DNA of 32,000 nucleotides, taken from NCBI RefSeq assembly GCF_002111595.1, contig NZ_LUTN01000024.1, positions 721 to 32,720 of the forward strand, given 5' to 3'. Numbering within the stretch: position 1 is the stretch's first letter; each line of letters starts with the position of its first letter. The notes beneath the pieces are model-generated. The model had not been told where the DNA came from. It made no database searches and saw nothing but the letters and a program-made list of their open reading frames with translations. The translations under genes and the position numbers were made by a program. Shown piece after piece: positions 9,084-19,975 of this stretch. Origin of the DNA: Lonsdalea britannica. GTDB taxonomy: Bacteria > Pseudomonadota > Gammaproteobacteria > Enterobacterales > Enterobacteriaceae.

Positions 9084-9091
9084 ATAACACG

Positions 9092-9529
9092 TTAAACTTC
9101 TTCGTCATCCTGCAGCGGGACAATCAGCATATCGACATGAATGGTATTGATCAGCTGACGAGCAGAGGACATCAGCTTGCTCCAGAAGTCCTGATGGTGT
9201 CCGCACATCACTAAATCGACATCGTACTTGTGAATAGCATCCAGCAGTACCTGGCCCAGATCGCCGCTCCCGCTTAGGGTCTCCGCAATAGGATATCCCG
9301 CGTTCTGCGACAGGTCTTTCAAGGCATTTTGCGTTTCTTCAGAGATGCGCTGCTGCATATCGCCGAGGTTGACGTCGATCAGTCCGGTGTAGAGGTCGGA
9401 ATAGTTAACATCGACATGAATCAGGGAAACCTTGGCATTATACGGCTTGGCCATTGAGACCGCCTTCTCGACCAGCATTTTGCTTTCCGGCGACAGGTCG
9501 ACGGCAATAAGAATATGTTTATAAGCCAT
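9092..9529 (-). CDS. uspA: Universal stress protein A
   Basis: The 145-aa ORF reads [59 protein letters not shown]...[30 protein letters not shown]. It is very close to E. coli UspA. GGAGC/AAGGAG lies upstream. Confidence 0.97.
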   Translation of the reverse strand: MAYKHILIAVDLSPESKMLVEKAVSMAKPYNAKVSLIHVDVNYSDLYTGLIDVNLGDMQQRISEETQNALKDLSQNAGYPIAETLSGSGDLGQVLLDAIHKYDVDLVMCGHHQDFWSKLMSSARQLINTIHVDMLIVPLQDDEEV

Positions 9530-10120
9530 AATAAGCTCCTTCCATAAAGACTAATGAATGGGTCGGCAGATATTTCTCCTGCCAAACTGATACTTACTGG
9601 CGATCTGCATCATAACACTCGCCATCAATCGGGAGATGTTCAGCAGATCACAACGCCGTAGAGTGGCGGTTAGCTGTAGTCACGGAACCCATCACCACGC
9701 CTCCCTATCCTGAAGTTAACGTCAGTGTACGCCGATAAGCGGCACCACCGACGAAAAATCACGTGAACGCATAAGTATAGTTAAAGATCGCACGCGATAA
9801 GGCTAACAAAACAGGCTGAGATGATGGGGGGATCCTGCCAATTTTTCATCACATTAGCATGTCTAAGAGACATTAACGGCGTTATAGTAAAAAAATGAAA
9901 CGGTCTTCTACAATGAAAATAATCCCGCGTCGTTAACTCCGCGTGGAGAACAAGAAGACCGCCAGCAGTAGACAATATCCGCAGACCGCGCCTTGATATG
10001 CAACGATCGGGCCGCTCGGAAACATCGCATACATGATATTTGGGATGACTATTCACAGGTGTAAACAACGGAGATTCGTGACGTAAAAACACCTGCCGAA
10101 TAGCTAAGCGGGAGGGGAGC

Positions 10121-10459
10121 ATGGTAATCAGCACGTTTGCGCTTTTCTGGGCTTTATGCATCATCTGCGTCATCAATATGGCGCGTTATTACTCTTCTTT
10201 GCGAGTGTTGCTGCTGGTATTGCGAGACTGCGATCCGCTGCTATATCAGTACGTGGATGGACGCGGTTTCTTCACCGCTCACGGCCAGCCCAGCAAGCAG
10301 CTGAGGCTTGTTCGTTACATCTACAGCCAACGTTATCTCGACCACCACGACCCCGAATTCATCCGTCGCTGTGAACGCGTTCGCGGGCAGTTCCTGCTCA
10401 CATCCGCGTTGTGCGGACTGGTCGTCGTGAGCCTTATCGCCCTACTCGTTTGGCACTAG
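10121..10459 (+). CDS. uspB: Universal stress protein B (small membrane protein)
   Basis: The 112-aa ORF reads [51 protein letters not shown]...[33 protein letters not shown]. It is near-identical to E. coli UspB and divergent from uspA, as in E. coli. Confidence 0.97.
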   Translation: MVISTFALFWALCIICVINMARYYSSLRVLLLVLRDCDPLLYQYVDGRGFFTAHGQPSKQLRLVRYIYSQRYLDHHDPEFIRRCERVRGQFLLTSALCGLVVVSLIALLVWH

Positions 10460-10516
10460 AGATTCGCAAGCGTTTAAGGGGCGTCGCGGACGACATTTTC
10501 TTGAATTTTGCCCATA

Positions 10517-10545
10517 TAAAAAGGCGACCTGAGGTCGCCTTTTTA
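10517..10545. terminator. Bidirectional rho-independent terminator between uspB and pitA
   Basis: AAAAAA-GGCGACC-tga-GGTCGCC-TTTTT. The stem is flanked by an A-run and a T-run, so it can terminate both convergent genes. Confidence 0.85.
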
Positions 10546-10570
10546 TCGTACGTATTGCTGTCGTTCAGCG

Positions 10571-12076
10571 TTAAATCAGCTTCAGCGTCAACCAGTACAG
10601 CACGCCGGACAGTACCAGCGATACCGGCAGCGTAAAGATCCAGGCCAGCAGGATGCTTTTCACCGTCTTACTCTGGACACCGCCACCATCTACGATCATC
10701 GTCCCCGCCACGGCGGACGAGAGCACATGCGTAGTGGACACCGGCATTCCAGTATAGCTGGCGACCCCAATCGAGAGCGCGGCCGTGACCTGAGCCGAGA
10801 CGCCCTGAGCATAGGTCATCCCTTTCTTACCAATCTTCTCACCGATCGTAACGGCAACACGTTTCCACCCCACCATGGTTCCCAGAGACAGAGCCAATGC
10901 CACAGCGACGATAATCCACAGCGGCGCATACTCAACGGTATGCAGCAAATCGGTACGCAAATTGGTCAGCAGGCGTTTGTCTTCGGTGTTCGTTTCCGGC
11001 AGCTTGATGATGCGGTCCATGGTATCGGAAATACACATCAGCAAACGGCGAACCTGACCACGGTCGTCGCTAGACAACTCGCTGTAGTCTTTCAGGTTGT
11101 TCAGCAAACCCAAAGAGTGATCGATCGCCAGCATCACGCGAGAGCTATCACAATGGAAATCTGATTTACCCTCGACAGGAATGGTTTTTTCCGGCGCCGG
11201 AATCAACGGTGGAGACAGGTCGATGACATGTTTCAGCGCTTCGCCATGCGCAAGGTAGTATCCCTGCAGATTAACGACCGCATCGCGGGTTCGGCTAATG
11301 TCATAACCCGACGCATTCATGTTCAGCACGAAACCTGCGGGCGCGACGCCGATCAGCACCAGCATAATCAGGCCGATACCTTTCTGACCATCGTTGGCGC
11401 CGTGGGAGAAACTGACGCCGACGGCGGACAGGATCAAGGCAGTACGCGTCCAGAACGGCGGTTTGCGCTTGCCATCCTGTTTCTCACGTTCGGCTGGCGT
11501 GAGGTGAACCCGTTTTCTTTTCTTGGTGTTGCTCCAGTAGCGACGTAGCAGGAACACCATCAGCCCTGCGATAATCATGCCCACAATCGGCGACAGAATC
11601 AGCGACAGGAAAATGCTGACCATCTTCGGAATATTGAGCGCATCCACAACCGACGTATTCGTCAGCAGTGCATTGGTCAAACCGATACCGATAATAGAGC
11701 CGATCAGGGTATGAGAGCTAGACGCCGGCAACCCGAAGTACCAGGTCCCCAGGTTCCAGATGATCGCAGCCAGCAGCATGGAAAAGACCATAGCCAGGCC
11801 GTGAGCAGAGCTGACATTCAGCAACAGATCGGTAGGCAGCAGGTGGACGATGGCGTAAGCAACGCTTAATCCGCCCAAAAGTACCCCAAGGAAGTTAAAT
11901 ATTCCCGCCATCACCACAGCGAGCTGGGCGCGCATGGCACGAGTATAAATAACGGTAGCAACAGCATTGGCAGTATCGTGAAAGCCGTTAATGGCTTCGT
12001 AAAACAATACAAACAGCAAAGCCAAAATCAACATCAGACCGGTGTGGAAATCAATTCCGGCAAATAAATGTAGCAT
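10571..12076 (-). CDS. pitA: Low-affinity inorganic phosphate transporter PitA (PiT family)
   Basis: The 501-aa ORF reads [48 protein letters not shown]...[17 protein letters not shown]...[14 protein letters not shown]. It carries both PiT signature GANDxxN/HGANDGQK motifs and is colinear with E. coli PitA. Confidence 0.96.
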   Translation of the reverse strand: MLHLFAGIDFHTGLMLILALLFVLFYEAINGFHDTANAVATVIYTRAMRAQLAVVMAGIFNFLGVLLGGLSVAYAIVHLLPTDLLLNVSSAHGLAMVFSMLLAAIIWNLGTWYFGLPASSSHTLIGSIIGIGLTNALLTNTSVVDALNIPKMVSIFLSLILSPIVGMIIAGLMVFLLRRYWSNTKKRKRVHLTPAEREKQDGKRKPPFWTRTALILSAVGVSFSHGANDGQKGIGLIMLVLIGVAPAGFVLNMNASGYDISRTRDAVVNLQGYYLAHGEALKHVIDLSPPLIPAPEKTIPVEGKSDFHCDSSRVMLAIDHSLGLLNNLKDYSELSSDDRGQVRRLLMCISDTMDRIIKLPETNTEDKRLLTNLRTDLLHTVEYAPLWIIVAVALALSLGTMVGWKRVAVTIGEKIGKKGMTYAQGVSAQVTAALSIGVASYTGMPVSTTHVLSSAVAGTMIVDGGGVQSKTVKSILLAWIFTLPVSLVLSGVLYWLTLKLI

Positions 12077-12349
12077 AAGCGTTAGGCCATATAGTGGTCA
12101 TCAACGCGGCGCATTATCGGCGACAAGCAGGGCTTGGGAAAAGGAAAATCTGACATTATTTTGACTTATTTTAACCCAATCATCCTTCAGCTAATAATTT
12201 ATTCAATAAAAATCAGACAATTGGACCTTATTACGAAATTCTGCAATTTGTAACACTGGTCAGATCACAGGACGAGCACTACAATCTGCCGCCCTGAACG
12301 GCAATTCGGCCGCAGGCCGAAACCCGACGAATTGCGGGGAGCAAAACAC

Positions 12350-13537
12350 GTGGAACACTATGATGTAGTCGTAATTGGCGCTGGCGCGGCAGGACTTTTC
12401 TGCGCGGCGCAGGCGGGACAGAAAGGCCTGCGGGTGCTGCTTGTGGATAATGGTAAAAAACCGGGACGCAAAATTTTGATGTCCGGGGGCGGACGCTGCA
12501 ACTTCACCAACCTGTATGCAGAGCCAGGCGCTTACCTGTCTCAAAACCCGCATTTCTGCAAGTCCGCTCTGGCGCGCTACACCCAGTGGGACTTTATCGA
12601 TCTGGTGAATCGCCACGGCATCGCCTATCACGAGAAAACCCTCGGACAACTGTTTTGCGATGACTCGGCTCAACAAATCACCGACATGCTGCTTAAAGAG
12701 TGTGAGCAAGGCCAGGTGACGCTGCGTTTGCGCAGTGAAGTGCTGGAAGTTGAAAAGCGCGATGCATTTACGATCCGCTTGAACAACGGTGCAGTTCAGA
12801 GCCCGGAGTTGGTGATCGCGACAGGCGGTCTGTCGATGCCTGGACTCGGCGCCACGCCCTTCGGTTATCAGCTTGCGCAGCAGTTCTCCATCAACGTGCT
12901 GCCCACCCGCGCGGCGCTGGTGCCCTTCACGCTGCACAAACCGTTGTTAGAACAATTACAAACGCTGTCCGGCGTCTCAGTTCCGTCTCTCATCGAAGCG
13001 GAAAACGGCGTAACCTTCCGTGAGAATATCCTGTTCACCCACCGCGGACTGTCTGGTCCCGCGGTACTTCAGCTTTCCAGCTACTGGCAGCCGGGCGAAT
13101 TCGTCACCATCAATCTGCTGCCCGATCACGATCTGACCGCACTGCTTGATGCGGAACGCCTCGCACATCCCAATCAGAGTCTAAAAAATACGCTGGCGCA
13201 GTGGTTACCCAAACGGCTGGTGGAGTGTCTTCAGGCGCTGGGGCAGTTGCCGGATGTGACGCTCAAGCAGTTGCAAAAACCGCAGCAAACACAGGTAGAA
13301 AGCACGCTACAGCAGTGGCGAGTCCAGCCCAATGGTACCGAAGGCTACCGTACGGCAGAAGTGACGCTGGGTGGCGTCGATACCCACGAGCTTTCCTCAA
13401 AAACGCTGGAAGCCAGCAAGGTGCCGGGGCTGTACTTCATCGGAGAAGTCGTGGACGTCACCGGTTGGCTCGGCGGTTACAACTTCCAATGGGCCTGGAG
13501 CTCTGCCTGGGCCTGCGCTCAGGCTTTAGGGAAGTAA
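12350..13537 (+). CDS. yhiN: NAD(P)/FAD-dependent oxidoreductase YhiN (HI0933/BaiN family)
   Basis: The GTG at 12350 gives VEHYDVVVIGAGAAGLFCAAQAGQKG...KILMSGGGRCNFTNLY...SQNPHFCKSALARYTQWDFIDLV...GYNFQWAWSSAWACAQ. It is colinear with E. coli YhiN (MERFDAIIIGAGAAG...). GGGGAG lies 8 nt upstream of the GTG. The TTG start at 12332 in the ORF track is less likely. Confidence 0.92.
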   Translation: MEHYDVVVIGAGAAGLFCAAQAGQKGLRVLLVDNGKKPGRKILMSGGGRCNFTNLYAEPGAYLSQNPHFCKSALARYTQWDFIDLVNRHGIAYHEKTLGQLFCDDSAQQITDMLLKECEQGQVTLRLRSEVLEVEKRDAFTIRLNNGAVQSPELVIATGGLSMPGLGATPFGYQLAQQFSINVLPTRAALVPFTLHKPLLEQLQTLSGVSVPSLIEAENGVTFRENILFTHRGLSGPAVLQLSSYWQPGEFVTINLLPDHDLTALLDAERLAHPNQSLKNTLAQWLPKRLVECLQALGQLPDVTLKQLQKPQQTQVESTLQQWRVQPNGTEGYRTAEVTLGGVDTHELSSKTLEASKVPGLYFIGEVVDVTGWLGGYNFQWAWSSAWACAQALGK

Positions 13538-13541
13538 CGGC

Positions 13542-14501
13542 TCATTTGCCTGCGTGAAAGCGCAGGCGCGGCGCCCAACGAACGTAAATCAATTCGGCGA
13601 TCAGTTCGACCAACGTCTGCGTAACTACCACGACCGGCATCAGCGGTAACGCGCCGGGAACCGCCAGCGCCAATGGCAAAATGACCAGTGAATTGCGCGT
13701 CGCGGCGCTGAACACCACGCCCCTTCCCGCCGCCGCCTTCAACGTCAAGAGCCGCCCCACGCCCCAGCCCACCAGCGGCGCAAAAACCGAGAACAAGACA
13801 TAAACGGGCAACACCGCCAGCGCAGTCGCGCGCGACTGCGTTAGCTGCGGTACGACAAACGCCGTAATCACCGCCAACACTAGCGCCGTCGCCGGTACGG
13901 GAAGACATCCAAGCCAGTGCGTCATAACCCGCCCCGCGGAGGACGCCTGACTCCAGCGTTGGAAGATCCATGCCAACAGCAGCGGAATGGCAATCATGGT
14001 GATAAAAGCATGCAGGAAAGGCGCGATGCTGATGGTCTGCGCCGTATCGAACAACAGGCCCAAATACAGCGGCAACAGCAACATTTGTAAAAGCAGCAAT
14101 AGTGGCGTTGCGGCAAGCAACAGACGGGAGTCCGCCTGACCCTGCTGACAAAACGTCACCACGTAATCGATGCAGGGACATAGCAACACCATCGCGACCC
14201 CATAGGCCACCACCGGCGGCAAGGGAAATAGCATCAACAACAACGCCACTAGCACAGGGATCGCGACAAAATTGGCGATAAACAGAGCCAGCAGGAAGCG
14301 CACATGGCGAAAGGCATAAAGCATCTCTCCCAACGGCAGCGACAAAAAAGTCACGAACAGCATGAATGCCAAGGCCGGGTTGAGTGCCACCACCACGCCC
14401 GACGCCGTAGGCCAGCAGGCAGCAATGACCGCCGCCGCGACCATGGTCAAAAAATAAATTCCGGTTTGCCGGTTTTCCAGCGTGTCTTTTATCTGGCTCA
14501 T
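13542..14501 (-). CDS. ACR3/BASS-superfamily permease (a family often annotated as 'arsenic resistance protein'); substrate unknown
   Basis: This is a 319-aa polytopic membrane ORF of roughly 10 hydrophobic segments. It reads MSQIKDTLENRQTGIYFLTMVAAAV...CPCIDYVVTF...SAATRNSLVILPLAL. The family assignment rests on overall pattern recognition only. No arsR or arsC gene lies nearby. Confidence 0.6.
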   Translation of the reverse strand: MSQIKDTLENRQTGIYFLTMVAAAVIAACWPTASGVVVALNPALAFMLFVTFLSLPLGEMLYAFRHVRFLLALFIANFVAIPVLVALLLMLFPLPPVVAYGVAMVLLCPCIDYVVTFCQQGQADSRLLLAATPLLLLLQMLLLPLYLGLLFDTAQTISIAPFLHAFITMIAIPLLLAWIFQRWSQASSAGRVMTHWLGCLPVPATALVLAVITAFVVPQLTQSRATALAVLPVYVLFSVFAPLVGWGVGRLLTLKAAAGRGVVFSAATRNSLVILPLALAVPGALPLMPVVVVTQTLVELIAELIYVRWAPRLRFHAGK

Positions 14502-14654
14502 AGGAAGTCGGACATACTTAATGAGAAAACGGCTGGCATCATGTCAGAAATAACCGGCATTGCCTATTAGCACCCGGAGTGGGGGCCGGTATTGCATTGG
14601 AGTGAATAGCGATGGCAACGTGAAATAGAGAATTGTCTGCGTCAGAAGGAGACA

Positions 14655-14687
14655 AAAACAAAAAAACCCGCTGTCGTTAGCGGGTTT
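14655..14687 (-). terminator. Rho-independent terminator of proK
   Basis: The minus strand reads AAACCCGCTaacgacAGCGGGTTTTTTTGTTTTTG, about 40 nt downstream of the tRNA 3' end. Confidence 0.85.
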
Positions 14688-14724
14688 ATTGATGAAGACA
14701 ACCGGGTCTTGTCTTCTTTAAATT

Positions 14725-14801
<77 letters not shown>

Positions 14802-14813
14802 AATGCGGGGCGC

Positions 14814-14842
14814 ATATTACTGCGCCCCTGATAACGCGTCAA
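14814..14842 (-). promoter_or_regulatory. sigma70 promoter of proK with a GC-rich discriminator
   Basis: The minus strand reads TTGACG (14842-14837), a 17-bp spacer, then TAATAT (14819-14814), followed by GCGCCCCGC. The tRNA 5' end is 12 nt downstream of the -10 element. This layout is typical of a stringently controlled stable-RNA promoter. Confidence 0.7.
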
Positions 14843-14932
14843 TCCCTTTTTAACAAACGGCCATGGAGTTGGCGACAAAGTGTGCGACGCAATTTCCGGG
14901 AAAAAGCGGAACCTGCATCTTATTGATTTTAA

Positions 14933-16611
14933 TCAATGAACCGGTTTCGAACACCAGTTGTTGCTCTGATTGATGCCGCCATCTGGAGAGGTATAGCCCA
15001 AGCATCCCAATACCGAGTCGAAGATCTCCTCGTGGCGCAGAATTTCACCCGCCTCCTTTCTGGCCTTCAAATTCGCGAAGGCTTGCTGATGTTCTGACTC
15101 AGCCAGGAACTTGTCAGATGCCCACATCATTATCGGCGAACGGAACTGCTCCGGTGGCGCGACATGGCGTGGCGTTCCATGCAAGTGTGAGTTCTCATCG
15201 ATTGATTCGCCATGGTCGGACGAATAGAACACCAACGCTTTCTTATCTCTCATCTGATCGATGACCTGCTCGATAAACGCATCCGTGTAGAGAATGCTGT
15301 TGTCGAAAGAGTTGATGAGCTGCTCTCGGGTACAAGAAGCGTCCACACTCATACACTCCGGCTGATAGCGGGCGAAGCTGCGCGGATAGCGCATCGAATA
15401 CTGGTAGTGTGACCCTTTGGTATGCAGGACGATCAGATGTTTACCTTTGGTATAACGCGCCAATGAGGCCTTCATCTCATCCACCAACAGCATGTCGTCC
15501 ACTGATTTTCCATCGTTGCGTTTTTCAGAGGCAATCATCTCGCGGATAGAGTAGTTATCAGCCCGAATATTGTTGTAGAACCACACCTCGCTTTGCATGG
15601 CGAACAGCTCCGAGGAGAATCCCAATCCTTTCATCACGGAAAAAATATTGTGCTCTTTTAGCGTCCGCTGGGGATTATCTTCGGTCCCACCTTCACGCAC
15701 AAACATGCAACGCATCGAGAGCTTGGTGGCGGTGTCGCAAGATCTCCCGCGAAACGCCAGTAGGTTTTTTTCTTTATCCAACAGAGGCGTTGTATCGCGC
15801 GAATAGCCTAACAGCCCCAGATGATCCCACCGCGTCGTCTCGCCAATGATAAATACGACGTAGGTGTCATCAATATCGCTGGGCGCCTGATAGGTAAAAT
15901 GAGTACTTGGGTCAAACAGGGAAGATGCGTCCTGATTTTCATCGTAATGGGCATAAGCGAACAGTCCCAAGGCAGACAACCAGTTCGACGGTAGATATGA
16001 GTGAGCCACTACGCCGCCATAGCTGGGTAAATCCTGATTGGACGCTTTCTCCGCATCAGCGTTGACCTTGCCCATATAATCCATAGGCAGCCAGACCAGC
16101 GCGACGATAACCGCCAAACCCAGCGCCGCTCGCAGACGCTTCCCTGGTGTCTTCAACTGTTCTAGCAACGTTTGGTGTAGGCGACTTGTCCAGATGAGCG
16201 CCAGCGGCGGCACGCTGACGAGTATCATCCACAGTACGAAATTGATGCCAATCACCTCTCGAGAGAGATCGATATCTGTCGTCATCACTGAAGCGATGAT
16301 GCCATATCCGATAACCACATTAAAAAAGGTCATGTAATAGCTGGCAGCCACTGAAATTAATGTCAGTAACGAAGCCAGAATACGAAAGCATTTTTTCCCA
16401 CCCAGAGAAATAAGCCGCATCAGGAAAAAAGTAAACAGAATGCAAGCCAGCAGCTCCGCTACGGCAGAAAGAAAATGCGTGGCATGTTTAAGGTCGAAAA
16501 TAGCCAGAGAATCAAAACGGCGGTAATAAACGGATAGATTCAGGAATAAGCTATATAAAAAGCTAATATCCAGGAAACTTTGGGTTGGGGAAATGACATC
16601 GACACTTTCAT
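14933..16611 (-). pseudogene. eptB: Kdo2-lipid A phosphoethanolamine transferase EptB, frameshifted near codon 23 (1-nt deletion about 16547-16550) or an assembly indel
   Basis: The main ORF (14933..16420) is colinear with E. coli EptB from residue ~69 (RILASL..SYYMTF.NVVIGYGIIASVMTTDIDLS...FIIGETTRWDH...HTKGSH...DHGES...HGTP). The same frame stays open and homologous upstream (LFLNLSVYYRRFDS...) but has no start codon. The true N-terminus MKVSMSFPQPKVSWILAFYIA (compare MRYIKSITQQKLSFLLAIYIG) lies in another frame from the ATG at 16611 and stops at 16540-16542. One extra T in the TT run at 16548-16549 joins the two frames. Confidence 0.85.
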
Positions 16612-16645
16612 TCTTATAATCTGCTCCAGAGGCTCACGTTTGTAA

Positions 16646-16673
16646 ACAGACACCGTAGCCCCCCTCGGAGTTC
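16646..16673 (-). promoter_or_regulatory. Candidate sigmaE-type promoter upstream of eptB
   Basis: The minus strand reads tGAACTC (16673-16668), a 17-bp spacer, then TCTGT (16650-16646). The consensus is GGAACTT, ~16 bp, TCAAA/TCTGA. E. coli and Salmonella eptB are reported to be sigmaE-dependent. This is a motif match only. Confidence 0.3.
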
Positions 16674-16992
16674 ATTATCTTTGAGCAAGATACGGTAATT
16701 AATGCTATGTAATGCAAGCCCCCCGCCTTCAGGTTGTCGTATCTGACCGTTTAATTGACAGAGGTATTCATAAAATGATTAGGTCAATTAATCTATTCTG
16801 TAAGGATAATGGCCTAAGTCACTAGTTTTCATGTGTGAATAAAAGGGTTGGTATCTTAATTTGAATGCCATGATAAATAATTCCCTACGATTTCATCAGC
16901 AACATTCACCTTTAATAAAATTATTTATTGGTTATCTCACTTACTTTTTTATGATAACCCTTTAACTCTCGCTGAAAGAATAAAATTCCTCG

Positions 16993-18708
<1,716 letters not shown>

Positions 18709-18860
18709 TCAACGCAGCGGCAGTAAAGCACATAGTCCGAACACTAAACGAGGTCAGAGACGTACCTTTGCGAGCCGTTTCGCAGACAATTAGCGCAATG
18801 ACAGCAAGGAGAGAAAAAACGGCGGAGCGCTTCGCAAGGAAAAACAAAGGGATTTGATGA

Positions 18861-19625
<765 letters not shown>

Positions 19626-19681
19626 CGGCACATTCAGTATCATGCCCAGTCTTTTTTTATTTCCCTGTGGAGTACCTCATT

Positions 19682-19957
19682 ATGGCACGCGTAACTGTTC
19701 AAGACGCTGTAGAAAAAATTGGTAACCGTTTTGACCTGGTGTTGGTCGCTGCCCGTCGCGCCCGTCAGATCCAGGTTGGGGGCAAAGATGCTCTGGTTCC
19801 TGAAGAAAACGACAAATACACGGTTATCGCACTGCGTGAGATCGAAGAAGGTCTGATCACTTCGCAGATTCTGGACGCCCGTGAACGTCAGGAGCAGCAG
19901 GAGCAGGAAGCCGCAGAAATTCAGGCGGTCACCGCAATTGCTGAAGGTCGCCGCTAA
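19682..19957 (+). CDS. rpoZ: RNA polymerase omega subunit
   Basis: [59 protein letters not shown]... The protein is 91 aa. GGAG lies 9 nt upstream of the ATG. Confidence 0.97.
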   Translation: MARVTVQDAVEKIGNRFDLVLVAARRARQIQVGGKDALVPEENDKYTVIALREIEEGLITSQILDARERQEQQEQEAAEIQAVTAIAEGRR

Positions 19958-19975
19958 TAACACCACGAGTCGCCC

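Noticed and set aside
9053-9670. 11-mer inverted repeat (CCGCCACTCTA / TAGAGTGGCGG) plus shared ATCCTGAAG flanking uspA
   Set aside because: Exact 11-mer matches between arbitrary positions are expected many times by chance in a 32-kb window. There is no extended similarity around them and no target-site-duplication-like structure.
9781-10176. 131-aa ORF in the uspA-uspB intergenic region, overlapping the uspB start antisense
   Set aside because: It has no SD and no recognisable domain. It overlaps the uspB RBS and start, and the region is expected to hold the divergent uspA and uspB promoters.
12260-12937. 225-aa ORF antisense to yhiN
   Set aside because: It lies entirely inside, and antisense to, a strongly supported conserved gene. 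Its composition is Arg/Ala/Gln-rich, typical of shadow ORFs in GC-rich coding DNA, and it has no SD.
13519-14181. 220-aa ORF overlapping the ACR3-type permease in another frame
   Set aside because: It has Gly/Arg/Ala-rich low-complexity translation. The alternative frame gives a coherent polytopic membrane protein.
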